This document shows positions 38,809-49,007 of a stretch of 64,000 nucleotides of DNA, one piece after another. This DNA comes from Candidatus Moraniibacteriota bacterium. Lineage in GTDB: Bacteria > Patescibacteriota > Minisyncoccia > Moranbacterales > UBA2206. Position numbers and translations under genes: made by a program. Location of the stretch: positions 108,589 through 172,588 of the forward strand of contig JAAXWW010000001.1 of assembly GCA_013334765.1 (NCBI GenBank), given 5' to 3'. Under the pieces are notes generated by a model. It did not search any database and had not been told where the DNA came from. It saw only the letters and a list, made by a program, of their open reading frames with translations. The first letter of the stretch is position 1. Each line of letters starts with the position of its first letter.

Positions 38809-39024
38809 ATTTTTGCATGTATGGATTGGATAAAATAAAAACCACTATCTGAATGAATAGCAGTTCAAGCGAATTTTGAATCGGATGTTTTCATATTCTT
38901 TCGTTTCCTCATAGCCCGGAGCTAAGTCGCTAGGTTTTGCAGGAAAGGTTAAGTGGTTTGATTATAGCATGAGTCGGGGAAAACCGATACTGGATAAAAG
39001 ATACTCAAGGAGTATACTGAGGAT

Positions 39025-39744
39025 ATGGCTAGAATAATCGCAAATTTCGATTTGGAAAAAGATCTTCTTGAAAAGGGGTATGGCCTTCTGATAGGCATCG
39101 ACGAGGCGGGAAGGGGGCCGCTGGCAGGGCCGGTGGTGGCCGCGGTGGCGTGTCTCAAAAATGAGAACTGGGATTTCATTTCGGAAATCGAATCTTCAGA
39201 GAACGACAAGGACAAATGGCATCTGGTGCGGGATTCCAAGACTTTGTCAGAGCGCCAGCGCGACATGGCATTCGATTTCGTCAGGGAAAATTTCCACGTC
39301 GGCATCGGCATTTGCGATCATGAGACGATTGACCGGATGAATATCTTGGAAGCGACATTCCTGGCTATGAAAAAAGCGCTTACGGAATTTTCCAATATCA
39401 CGAAAGAAATGTCCGGCGAGAGGATACTTCTGGTTGACGGGAACAAGGAAATCCCAAGTATCAGCATGGAGCAGAAAGCGATCGTTTCCGGAGACAAACT
39501 AGTGAAGTCAATCGCTGCCGCTTCGATAATCGCCAAAGTTACCAGGGACCGCATAATGCTTCTGGCTGAGGAGAAATATCCGCACTACGCTTTCAAGAAA
39601 CATAAAGGATACGGAACGAAGCTTCATTTCGAACTGCTTAGGAAGTTCGGGCCTTGCGAGATTCACCGCAAGAGCTTCGATCCAGTGAAAAAGGCAATAA
39701 ATATCCAAGACAGGATGCTCAGTGCCAGGGGAGGAGGATATTGA
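39025..39744 (+). CDS. rnhB: Ribonuclease HII
   Basis: GIDEAGRGPLAGPVV, DSKTL, VDGN, AAASIIAKVTRD. Confidence 0.96.
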   Translation: MARIIANFDLEKDLLEKGYGLLIGIDEAGRGPLAGPVVAAVACLKNENWDFISEIESSENDKDKWHLVRDSKTLSERQRDMAFDFVRENFHVGIGICDHETIDRMNILEATFLAMKKALTEFSNITKEMSGERILLVDGNKEIPSISMEQKAIVSGDKLVKSIAAASIIAKVTRDRIMLLAEEKYPHYAFKKHKGYGTKLHFELLRKFGPCEIHRKSFDPVKKAINIQDRMLSARGGGY

Positions 39745-39845
39745 ACCTGATCGAGCTGTTTCTAACTTGCATTTTCCTGCAAGCTGGCATAATATATGAC
39801 CAGCTCTTTTTGTGTTATTTAAACCTTCTTAAGGAGGAAAATCGA

Positions 39846-40568
39846 ATGGAAGGGTATATGGATATGAGAGAGTTGGTGGCCACTGTGATTATCGGAAGCG
39901 GCGCATTACGTTTCGGACAGTTCCGGCTCAAGCTTCATGAGAGTAACCCGGAGGCGCCTCTTTCTCCAGTGTATCTCAATCTTCGCACGTCTTTTCACCC
40001 CGATCCGAATAAGCGCGGACCGTTGACGGAGGCTCATTGCAGTATAATTGGTCGGGCCTTGGCAGACATGACGGTCCGCCTTCCGAATTTCCAGGGATTT
40101 GTTGCTGGTTTGCCATACGCGGCCGATCCTTTTGTTGGTGCGGTATCCAATATGCCTGAGTGGTGCGGGCAGATAAGATTTGTCAGTCTGGCAAAATATA
40201 TTGATCCGGAATCCGGTAATCGCTGCATCGTTCCCGAGCGGAAAAACAGCTATCCGGTGGGTCGGAATGTGGTTCTTTGGGATGATCTCATAACCATGGC
40301 CGATTCCAAAATTGAGGCTGCCAACAGTCTCATGCTCATGGGTTGTGATGTGACCGACATCATTGTTCTCGTTGATTGTCAGCAAGGAGGGTCCGAAAAG
40401 CTCGTCAACATGGGTTTTCGCGTTCACTCGATACTGCCCTTTCTCAATTACCTTCTTCCATTTGCCCGTCAAACCGGCTATGTCGAGAAGGATGATTGGG
40501 ACAGGTGCTGCGAATATTTCGGCAGCCAAGGCCATCCCTTATCCGACAATCCCACCGCTTTCGTTTGA
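39846..40568 (+). CDS. Orotate phosphoribosyltransferase-like type I PRTase (divergent)
   Basis: ALRFGQFRLK..SPVYLNLR, VLWDDLITMADSK, VLVDCQQGG; SD AAGGAGG; terminator 40589-40622. Confidence 0.75.
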   Translation: MEGYMDMRELVATVIIGSGALRFGQFRLKLHESNPEAPLSPVYLNLRTSFHPDPNKRGPLTEAHCSIIGRALADMTVRLPNFQGFVAGLPYAADPFVGAVSNMPEWCGQIRFVSLAKYIDPESGNRCIVPERKNSYPVGRNVVLWDDLITMADSKIEAANSLMLMGCDVTDIIVLVDCQQGGSEKLVNMGFRVHSILPFLNYLLPFARQTGYVEKDDWDRCCEYFGSQGHPLSDNPTAFV

Positions 40569-40669
40569 ATGCGCGGCTGTTTCCCCTCTCCCCGGACTGT
40601 TCTTACAGTCCGGGGATTTTTTGTCTAGTCAAATTTGCCTTTATTCAGGCTCTGATATAAGATGAAATC

Positions 40670-42262
40670 ATGAAAAACAAGCTCAAAAAAGCAATAGAAA
40701 GCGCCGTTTCAAGCCTCAAGGAAAAATATGGGGCGGATTTCGATCATCTCGAAATCGAGGTCGATTATCCGAAAAACGAAGCGTTCGGGGACTATACGAC
40801 CAACGTCGCCATGATGCTTGGGAAAGTATTGAAAAAGAACCCGATGGAAGTGGCAGAAGAGATTGTCAAAGAGCTGGATGGAAAAATCGACGGTTTTGAA
40901 GCGCCTGAAATAGTGAAGCCGGGATATATCAATTTTCGCTTGGCAGAAGGACGGTTGCAGGAATTGGTTGGCGAAATATCAGAACTCGGAAAAAAATATG
41001 GCGAGAGCGGAATAGGCAATGGGATAAGAATAAATAACGAATTCATATCAGCCAATCCGACCGGACCGCTTCATCTTGGAAACGGACGCGGAGGATTTTT
41101 CGGCGATACTCTTTCAAGGGTTTTCAGGAAAGCTGGATATGAAGTGGTAAATGAATATTATCTGAATGATGCCGGAGAGCAGGTGATGAAGCTGGGGCAT
41201 AGCGTCCTTAAGGATTCCGAGGCAGCCTATGCAGGAGAATATATAGATAATCTTCATGAAAAATTGGGGAATATTTCAGATGTCAGGGAGGCCGGAGAAA
41301 AAGCAGCCAAAGAAATCATTGATAATATAATCAAGAGGATCGTAAAAGAGAAAATGGGCATCCATTTTGATTTGTGGTTTTCAGAAAAAAAACTTCAGGC
41401 TGATGGATATGTCGATAAGGCGATAGAAATATTCAAGGAAAAGGATCTGACTTACGAAAAAGACGAAGCCCTCTGGCTCAAGACGACTGAATTCGGGGAT
41501 GACAAGGATCGTGTGCTTATCAAAAAGGATGGACAGAAGACATATTTCGCATCTGATTGCGGCTATATTCTCAACAAGATGGAAAGGGGATTCGATGTGA
41601 CGATTGAGACCTGGGGAGCGGATCACCATGGATATATCGCGAGGTTCAAGGCTGCAGCCGAAGCTCTCGGATTCAAGGGCGAACTCAGGTTCGTCATTGT
41701 TCAGATGGTCAGGCTCGTGAAAGACGGCAAGGAAGTGAGGATGAGCAAGCGTGCCGGAAATGTCGTTTATATTGACGAGCTTATTGATAAGATTGGAATC
41801 GATGTGGCAAGATTCTTTTTCCTGATGTATTCATGCGATACTCACATGAATTTCGATCTGGGTCTTGCCGAGGAAAGATCGCAGAAAAACCCGGTCTATT
41901 ATGTCCAATACGCCCACGCCAGGATTTCAAGCATTCTCGGAAAGGCGGAAGATGGGAAATTTGGAAACGGAAAAGCGGACCTAGGATTGCTTAAGCATGA
42001 AAAGGAATTAGATCTTATTCGCGAGCTCAACAAATTTCCGGAACTTATCGAGGAGGTGGCAAAGAGCTATGATGTTCACAAGTTTCCGTATTATGCCATC
42101 AAGATCGCTGACAGATTCCATTCTTTCTATAACGACTGCCGAGTGATCGACGAAGAGAATCCGGCTTTGACCACTGCCAGGCTGGAGCTTATAAGATCCG
42201 CTAAGACCGTTCTCGGGGAAGTGCTTGGAATGTTGGGAGTCAGCGCGCCGGAGAAGATGTAG
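40670..42262 (+). CDS. argS: Arginyl-tRNA synthetase
   Basis: SANPTGPLHLGNGR, WGADHHGY, MSKRAG, YVQYAHARI. Confidence 0.97.
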   Translation: MKNKLKKAIESAVSSLKEKYGADFDHLEIEVDYPKNEAFGDYTTNVAMMLGKVLKKNPMEVAEEIVKELDGKIDGFEAPEIVKPGYINFRLAEGRLQELVGEISELGKKYGESGIGNGIRINNEFISANPTGPLHLGNGRGGFFGDTLSRVFRKAGYEVVNEYYLNDAGEQVMKLGHSVLKDSEAAYAGEYIDNLHEKLGNISDVREAGEKAAKEIIDNIIKRIVKEKMGIHFDLWFSEKKLQADGYVDKAIEIFKEKDLTYEKDEALWLKTTEFGDDKDRVLIKKDGQKTYFASDCGYILNKMERGFDVTIETWGADHHGYIARFKAAAEALGFKGELRFVIVQMVRLVKDGKEVRMSKRAGNVVYIDELIDKIGIDVARFFFLMYSCDTHMNFDLGLAEERSQKNPVYYVQYAHARISSILGKAEDGKFGNGKADLGLLKHEKELDLIRELNKFPELIEEVAKSYDVHKFPYYAIKIADRFHSFYNDCRVIDEENPALTTARLELIRSAKTVLGEVLGMLGVSAPEKM

Positions 42263-42286
42263 ATATTGAGAAAATAATTTATTGCC

Positions 42287-42595
42287 ATGCAGGAATTCTA
42301 CGAACACATAACTTTGGAAGAAGCCAGCAAACTGGCTTTAGAGAATAAGGATAATAAGGATTTCATCATCCTGGACGTGAGGACGCCGCAGGAACTTATG
42401 GGCGGGGTGATCGGGGAACCGGTCAATATCGACATCTATGACTCTGAGTTCGCTGCGAAGATCGGAGCGCTCGACAAAGAGAAGACCTATTTGGTCTATT
42501 GCCGGAGCGGCAACCGCAGCAAGGCGGCCGCGGGACTTATGAAACAGCTGGGCTTCAAGAAGATATATGAAGTCGACAGGGGAATCATGGGCTAG
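42287..42595 (+). CDS. Single-domain rhodanese
   Basis: ILDVRTPQE, VYCRSGNRS. Confidence 0.92.
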   Translation: MQEFYEHITLEEASKLALENKDNKDFIILDVRTPQELMGGVIGEPVNIDIYDSEFAAKIGALDKEKTYLVYCRSGNRSKAAAGLMKQLGFKKIYEVDRGIMG

Positions 42596-42735
42596 CATTC
42601 AACCTTGCCAAAAATAGGATATTATGCTAGAGTTGCACCAATAAAGCCACTCTGCTGGCTAAATAGTTCTTTGCGTCATATAGCTGCTTTTTGTTTTTCC
42701 CGACGAATCCTTCTAAATTTTTTGGAGGGCAAGAC

Positions 42736-42933
42736 ATGTCTGGATCTGAGATTGATGGCAAATCCGGCGGCAAAAGGTCGTTCAAACGTACCAAGAATTT
42801 CCTCTTGAATATGTATCGGGCAGGCCGGAACGGTTGCAGTATGCTGGCGGACAAATACCGTGGCAAGCTGAACGATCTTGGCTTGACCGATGAGGAGATT
42901 TTCGAGGAACTTGACCGACTTGCTGGTGCTTAG
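42736..42933 (+). CDS. Small hypothetical protein (orphan cassette)
   Basis: 65 aa, promoter TTGCCA-17-TAGAGT (42605), SD GGAGG, terminator 42964-43001. Confidence 0.5.
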   Translation: MSGSEIDGKSGGKRSFKRTKNFLLNMYRAGRNGCSMLADKYRGKLNDLGLTDEEIFEELDRLAGA

Positions 42934-43029
42934 CTAGGTTTCTAGCCTAGTCCCAATCTCACAAAGGGCGGCGAACGCTTTCGTCGCCCTTTTCTTTTTT
43001 TCATTTTCAGGTATTATGTATTTGCAAAG

Positions 43030-43254
43030 ATAAAAGCGTTTGAGGAAGGCTATCACCTTCCGAGCTGGGGAAAGAAATGTTTGTCGTAGCATGAAGGCAA
43101 CCCGCCTTCGTCCCGCTGAGCGGGACTACGGCGGGCGAAGTAGAATCTCCCGGGTTTGCCCGTAACAGCTAGAATGAAGCCCTGATTTTTTCGGGGGAAT
43201 TAAGGTGGTACCACGCTATTGGCGTCCTTATGTTGTATTGAGGGCGTTTTTTAT
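43030..43254 (+). promoter_or_regulatory. T-box riboswitch (Ile) leader for ileS
   Basis: AAGG-TGGTACC-ACGC..GCGT-CCTT antiterminator, overlapping terminator ending gggcgtttttt; candidate specifier ATC at 43145. Confidence 0.85.
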
Positions 43255-43258
43255 TAGA

Positions 43259-43720
43259 CTACGAAATACGAAAATATTACAAAAATACAAAAAATGGAGA
43301 CGGGCAAAGTTATTTATAAGGAGTTAAGTTATGAGATAGTCGGTGCTGCTTTTGAAGTTTTTAAAGAGCTTGGACCTGGCTATAAAGAGAAACATTATGA
43401 AGATGCTGTCTCAAAGGAATTTACAAAAAGAAATATAAGCTATAAAAGACAGATACAATATAAATTGCTATATAAAGGAGAATCAATAGGAATGAATCAG
43501 TTTGATTTCCTGATAGATGATAGAATAATCGTAGAGTTGAAACGCGGAGATTATTATTCTAAAAACAATATAGACCAAGTGATCCAATATTTGAAGACGT
43601 CCAAGCTGAAGCTGGCCATTCTCATAAATTTCACATCAACCGGAGTAAAATTCAAACGAATATTGAATATAAAATAGTTTGTAATTTTTGTATTTTTGTA
43701 ATAATTTTGTAATTTTGTAG
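43259..43720. mobile_element. GxxExxY gene enclosed by inverted repeats (copy 2)
   Basis: Left ctacgaaatacgaaaatattacaaaaatacaaaaa; right tttgtaatttttgtatttttgtaataattttgtaattttgtag. Confidence 0.72.
43294..43677 (+). CDS. GxxExxY family protein
   Basis: GYKEKHY, FDFLIDDRIIVELK, QVIQYLKTSKLKLAILINF. Confidence 0.92.
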   Translation: METGKVIYKELSYEIVGAAFEVFKELGPGYKEKHYEDAVSKEFTKRNISYKRQIQYKLLYKGESIGMNQFDFLIDDRIIVELKRGDYYSKNNIDQVIQYLKTSKLKLAILINFTSTGVKFKRILNIK

Positions 43721-43724
43721 GAAT

Positions 43725-46670
43725 ATGTTCAAAAAAGTAGACCCGAAACGAACGCTTCCCAAAATGGAAGAGGAAATATTGAAGTTCTGGAACGAGAACA
43801 GGATATTCGAGAAATCCATCGAGAATAGGGAATGCTCACCGCTCTATAGCTTCTATGACGGTCCGCCGTTCGCGACTGGGCTGCCTCACTACGGTCATTT
43901 GGTCGGCAGCACTATGAAAGATGTCGTACCGAGATATTGGACGATGAAAGGATATAAAGTGGAAAGGAAATGGGGATGGGATTGCCATGGCCTTCCGATC
44001 GAGAACATCGCTGAGAAAGGGCTGGGAATCAAAAGGAAGAATGAGATCGAGGAATTGGGCGTTGAAAAATTCAACGAGTTCTGCCGTTCGACGGTTCTTG
44101 AATATGTCGCGGAGTGGAAAGTCATCATCAATCGCCTGGGGCGCTGGGCGGATATGGAAAACAGCTATAAGACGATGGATAAGCCGTTCATGGAATCGGT
44201 CTGGTGGGTTTTCAAGGAACTTTGGGACAAAGGGCTCATATATGAAGGATACCGTTCCATGCATGTCTGCACCCGATGCGAGACGACTTTGTCGCAACAG
44301 GAAGTTTCTGAAGGTTACAAAGACATCAAGGATCTTTCGGCAATCGCAAAATTTGAGTTTGTTGATGAACCGGGAATATATGTTCTTGCTTGGACGACGA
44401 CACCTTGGACGCTGATTGGAAATGTCGCATTAGCTGTCGGGAAAGATATTGATTATGTGAAAATAAGATATAACAACAAAGAAGGTGATCCTGAATTATT
44501 TATTTTGGCAAAAAACATTTATGATGCCAGAAAAGAAGACTTATTTCCGTCAGTTAAGCAACTGTCCGAGGGTGAAGTTCCTCCTGTGCCGCCAGTCATA
44601 ATAGATACTATCCATGGATCGGATCTAGTTGGCAAAAAATACAAACCCCTCTTTGATTATTATCAGGACAAAGGTCTTCAGAACGAAGAGAATGGCTGGA
44701 AAATATATCCGGCTGATTTCGTGACGACCGAAGATGGAACAGGGGTGGTGCATATCGCTCCGGCTTTCGGAGAAGACGATTTGAATTTGAGTTATGAACA
44801 TAAGCTGCCGTTCATCCAGCATGTCGGCATGGACGGGCTCATCAGGAAAGAAGCCGGTGAATTTGCCGGGATGAGCGTGAAACCCCTGGATGATCACATG
44901 AAAACCGACATCGAAATCATCAGATATCTTGCCAAGAACGGGTTGCTTTTTTCCAAAGAGAAATACGAGCATAGCTATCCTCACTGCTGGAGATGCGACA
45001 CTCCTCTCATCAACTATGCGACATCATCCTGGTTCGTGGCTGTCACTAAGATCAAAGAAAAGGCCTTGGAGTTGGCCAAAGAAATAAGCTGGTCGCCGGA
45101 GCATATGAAAGAAGGGCGGTTCGGCAACTGGCTGGAAGGGGCGCGTGACTGGTCGATTTCCCGTCAGCGCTATTGGGCTTCAGTCATGCCGATCTGGAAA
45201 TGCGAATGCGGGGAAATGCGAGTGTTCGGCCGGGTGAGCGATCTGGAAGAGGCGAGCGGACAGAAAGTTGATGATCTTCATAAGCATGTCGTCGATAAGA
45301 TAACCATGCCTTGCGCGAAATGCGGAGGAATAATGAAGCGCATTCCTGACGTTCTTGATACTTGGTTTGATTCCGGATCGATGCCGTATGCCCAGGCTCA
45401 TTATCCGTTTGAAAATGAGGAGAAATTCGAAAAAAGTTTCCCGGCCCAATTCGTTGCGGAAGGCGTCGATCAGACGCGTGCCTGGTTCTATTATCTGCAT
45501 GTCATCGCAACTGGCATCAAGGAAAAAGCCGCATATAAGAATGTCATCGTGAACGGAATAGTTTTAGCGGAAGATGGAAAGAAAATGTCGAAACGTCTTA
45601 AGAATTATCCTGATCCGACTGATATGTTCGATAAGTATGGGGCGGATGCGCTCAGGTTCTATCTGATGTCTTCTCCTGTTGTTGCTGCAGAAAATCTCAA
45701 TTTCAAAGAAGCGGATGTGTCCGATCTTGTGCGCGGGATGTTCCGCATGCTCTGGAATTCATATTCATTCTTCGCGCTCTATGCCGATATCGATGGCTGG
45801 GATCCAAAGAGGAATCGGCTTGAACCTGTTCATCTCTTGGATAAATGGATGTTGTCAGAGCACAATGTCCTCGTTCGTGACGTGAATAGGCACATGGAGA
45901 ATTATGAACTGCACAGAGCTTCCAGGCTGTTCGTGAAATTCATCGACAACCTGTCCAACTGGTATATCCGCCGCTCAAGGAAGCGCTTCTGGAAGAGCGA
46001 GAATGATGATGACAAGAATCAGGCCTATGCGACGCTCTATCATGTCCTTGTCGAGCTTTCCAAACTGATGGCTCCGTTCACGCCGTTCATTGCTGAAGAG
46101 ATATACAAGAACCTGACCCAGGGGGAATCGGTGCATCTCGAAGATTTTCCGCAGGCCGACGCTTCTGCGATAGATGAGAAGCTGAATCAGGAGATGGCTA
46201 AGGTCAGGGAGGTGATCAGCGAGGGATTGCAGTTGCGCGCCAAGGCAAAGATAAAAGTCAGGCAGCCGCTTCAAGCGGTTATCGTCAAGAACGAGGTATC
46301 CAATAGCGAACTGGTAGAAATAATCAAGGACGAGCTGAACGTCAAAGATGTCGTCGTGAAAAAAGACCAGGAAGAAGAGATTGTCTTGAACACTGAAATC
46401 ACTGAGGATTTGAAACTCGAAGGTCAGGCTCGCGAGATCGTCCGCGCTGTCCAGGAGATGAGAAAAGAAGCTGACTATGTTGTCGACAACCGGATCGAAA
46501 TCGCCTATGATTCAGCTTCGCCGATATTTTCAAATCCGGAGCTCAAAGAGCTCATCAAGAAAGAAACCCTTGCCAACAAGCTGGAAGAGGGGGGCATGGA
46601 AAATCCGGATATCCGAAAAGAACTGAATATCGATGGAGAAAAGATTTCCATCTCGATAAGAAAAGCATAA
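43725..46670 (+). CDS. ileS: Isoleucyl-tRNA synthetase (type 2)
   Basis: DGPPFATGLPHYGH, WTTTPWTL, KMSKRLKNY; no C-terminal Zn knuckle. Confidence 0.97.
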   Translation: MFKKVDPKRTLPKMEEEILKFWNENRIFEKSIENRECSPLYSFYDGPPFATGLPHYGHLVGSTMKDVVPRYWTMKGYKVERKWGWDCHGLPIENIAEKGLGIKRKNEIEELGVEKFNEFCRSTVLEYVAEWKVIINRLGRWADMENSYKTMDKPFMESVWWVFKELWDKGLIYEGYRSMHVCTRCETTLSQQEVSEGYKDIKDLSAIAKFEFVDEPGIYVLAWTTTPWTLIGNVALAVGKDIDYVKIRYNNKEGDPELFILAKNIYDARKEDLFPSVKQLSEGEVPPVPPVIIDTIHGSDLVGKKYKPLFDYYQDKGLQNEENGWKIYPADFVTTEDGTGVVHIAPAFGEDDLNLSYEHKLPFIQHVGMDGLIRKEAGEFAGMSVKPLDDHMKTDIEIIRYLAKNGLLFSKEKYEHSYPHCWRCDTPLINYATSSWFVAVTKIKEKALELAKEISWSPEHMKEGRFGNWLEGARDWSISRQRYWASVMPIWKCECGEMRVFGRVSDLEEASGQKVDDLHKHVVDKITMPCAKCGGIMKRIPDVLDTWFDSGSMPYAQAHYPFENEEKFEKSFPAQFVAEGVDQTRAWFYYLHVIATGIKEKAAYKNVIVNGIVLAEDGKKMSKRLKNYPDPTDMFDKYGADALRFYLMSSPVVAAENLNFKEADVSDLVRGMFRMLWNSYSFFALYADIDGWDPKRNRLEPVHLLDKWMLSEHNVLVRDVNRHMENYELHRASRLFVKFIDNLSNWYIRRSRKRFWKSENDDDKNQAYATLYHVLVELSKLMAPFTPFIAEEIYKNLTQGESVHLEDFPQADASAIDEKLNQEMAKVREVISEGLQLRAKAKIKVRQPLQAVIVKNEVSNSELVEIIKDELNVKDVVVKKDQEEEIVLNTEITEDLKLEGQAREIVRAVQEMRKEADYVVDNRIEIAYDSASPIFSNPELKELIKKETLANKLEEGGMENPDIRKELNIDGEKISISIRKA

Positions 46671-46790
46671 GCATTCCGTATTGAAGATAAAAAACAGAAG
46701 CCAGGCTTCTGTTTTTTTGTACTCTTTTGAGAGCATTCAGGATGCTGTATAATTGAGATGGCTCATTTATTGAATTCAAAGGAGGTCCTT

Positions 46791-46997
46791 ATGTCAGAAT
46801 ATAAGGAAGAAGGGGCGGTTTCTTCTGATGCTGAAAAGCTGGAGGAAAAGGTGGCAGATGCCTGGAGAGCGTTTCAGCAAGCTATCGTTCCTGACGGCAG
46901 CGATGAGGCGATGGCCAAAAAGCAGAAGCAGCTTTTTCTCAGGTATCAGGAACTAAGGAGACAGCTGGATGACAAGAGCAGCGCAATAGCTGCCTAG
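46791..46997 (+). CDS. Small helical hypothetical protein (orphan cassette)
   Basis: 68 aa, TATAAT upstream, SD AAAGGAGGT, hairpin 47016-47044. Confidence 0.55.
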   Translation: MSEYKEEGAVSSDAEKLEEKVADAWRAFQQAIVPDGSDEAMAKKQKQLFLRYQELRRQLDDKSSAIAA

Positions 46998-47143
46998 AGC
47001 CAGCCTTCCCAATGAAAGGGGCGACGCAACGATCGTCGCCCCTACAAATTATTTGCATAGAATGGAAAAACGTGCTATAATGCATCTGTAGATGGCTCAG
47101 GAGAGCCTAAATCAACGGGTAAAGACCCGTTTTTTATTTTTTT

Positions 47144-47986
47144 ATGGACACATTCAAATCAGAATTGCAGAAGAACAAGCATATCATCCATATATTGGCG
47201 ATGGCTTCTTTGTTCGCTCTTTTCATGTTCATCCACTTCGCCTCAGCTTCTGAAATAACCGCCGATAACGTCATCAGGCTGGTCAATGAATCCAGGGAAA
47301 AGGAAGGGCTGCCCGGCTTGAGAGTCAGCGAGATCCTGTCGGACATCGCCAAAGACAAGGCGGATGACATGGTCAGCAATCACTATTTCGCTCACACGTC
47401 GCCGCAGGGAATCACGCCCTGGTATTGGTTCGGGAAGAATCAATACGATTATCGTTATGCCGGAGAGAACCTGGCTATAAACTTCACGAACTCGGAAGAC
47501 GAACAGGAGGCCTGGATGAACAGCCCGACGCACAGGAAGAATATCCTCAATCCTAATTACAAGGAAATAGGAGTAGCGATCGCGGTCGACAAAGTGGATG
47601 GGAAAGAGTCCCTGATAGTGGTGCAGGAATTCGGAGCCTTGATCGGTTCATCCGAAACCGGAGCCAAGAAAGAGGAGAATGCCGCGAGCGACCCGGCAAG
47701 CAAAGAAGCAGGAGCGATGCCGGCAATACTTTCTATCGATAATATCAATGGTCCGACTGATTCCGAGGGCAAGAATGATGGTTTATTGTCGGGCAATCAA
47801 TCCGGTGAGATAGGATCGCAAGGCATGATGATCGAACTTCTCGATATCGCCATCATCTGCCTTATCTTTGCCTTATTCATTTCGATCCCGGCGGTTTTTG
47901 TTGAGAAGTCATGGAAGGATATCCTTGCTGTCATGAATGAGCAGCGGAGGTATCGCCTTAATAGGAATATCGAACAGTTCAAATAG
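47144..47986 (+). CDS. CAP (SCP) domain membrane protein
   Basis: YFAHTSP, AGENLA, AWMNSPTHRKNIL; N- and C-terminal TM segments. Confidence 0.92.
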   Translation: MDTFKSELQKNKHIIHILAMASLFALFMFIHFASASEITADNVIRLVNESREKEGLPGLRVSEILSDIAKDKADDMVSNHYFAHTSPQGITPWYWFGKNQYDYRYAGENLAINFTNSEDEQEAWMNSPTHRKNILNPNYKEIGVAIAVDKVDGKESLIVVQEFGALIGSSETGAKKEENAASDPASKEAGAMPAILSIDNINGPTDSEGKNDGLLSGNQSGEIGSQGMMIELLDIAIICLIFALFISIPAVFVEKSWKDILAVMNEQRRYRLNRNIEQFK

Positions 47987-48169
47987 GAAAAACAAAAATA
48001 AAAACAGAATAAAAAACAAAAAATCCCGCGAAAGCGAGACAAAAAAGATCAAAGACAAGTTTCCTTGTCTTTCCCACATGGATTTTTTTCCAAGGGAATC
48101 AGATAGAAAATACCTCGGCAATTATTGCCGGGGTATTTTTGTTATCCGCTATTATGCTAGTATTGGGGT

Positions 48170-48889
48170 ATGGAAATGAAATATTCAGGAATCATTATCG
48201 GCAAGAGGGACGTTCGGGAAGTCGACCGACTGTATGTCGTCTATACCTTGGAACAGGGGAGGCTCAGTATGCTTGGAAAAGGCGTCAGGAAAGCAAGCGC
48301 CAAGCTGGCGGGAAATCTTGAAACGCTGAGCCATGTCGAGATATACATGTCCAAGGGGCGCGGGCAGGGGAATATTACTGGAGCGATAGCTTTGGACAGC
48401 TTCCTTTCGCTTAAGGCGGATTTTTCAGCGCTGGGGCGCGTTTTTTATGCTGTTTCGTATTTCAACAAATTCATAACCCAGGAAGAGAAAGATGAGAAAA
48501 GCTTCGAATTCCTGCTGGAATATCTGAGGGTCATGGACGCGCTGGCTGCAAGCGGGAAGGGAGAGAGAAAATATGACGCGGTGACTTTCGGTTTCCTTTT
48601 CAAGTTCCTGGAAAATGTGGGTTACGGTATCGACGCTAATTTCTGTTCTGTCTGCGAAGGGAAGATAACAGGCGGCGGAAACTATTTCAGTGCCAAGCGG
48701 GGCGGGATAATCTGCGGCAATTGCAGGAGACAGGAAGGAGGAACAGTCAGGATCGATGATCATTCAGTGAAGCTTATCCGCATTTTCTATAAAAACAGGA
48801 TAGCCAGCCTTTCAAAGCTGGAAGTCAGCAGGCGGGATATTTCCAATCTGAAGATAGTTTTCCAGGAATTCGCGAACTGGATAAAGTGA
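48170..48889 (+). CDS. recO: DNA repair protein RecO
   Basis: EVDRLYVVYT..GKGVRK..KL, CxxC..CxxC Zn finger. Confidence 0.9.
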   Translation: MEMKYSGIIIGKRDVREVDRLYVVYTLEQGRLSMLGKGVRKASAKLAGNLETLSHVEIYMSKGRGQGNITGAIALDSFLSLKADFSALGRVFYAVSYFNKFITQEEKDEKSFEFLLEYLRVMDALAASGKGERKYDAVTFGFLFKFLENVGYGIDANFCSVCEGKITGGGNYFSAKRGGIICGNCRRQEGGTVRIDDHSVKLIRIFYKNRIASLSKLEVSRRDISNLKIVFQEFANWIK

Positions 48890-49007
48890 TAGCAGATGTT
48901 TCGGCATGCCTGTCCGGTTGTTAGTATTCGGATAGTTTGGTATTATTGAGCTGAACAGCTGCCTCAAATGTCAGGCGGTCGCTAAACATAAAAACAATCA
49001 CAAAAAA

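Noticed and set aside
21891-47044. Orphan cassettes as integron gene cassettes
   Set aside because: They are dispersed, have their own promoters, their hairpins lack evident attC RYYYAAC/GTTRRRY ends, and no integrase is seen.
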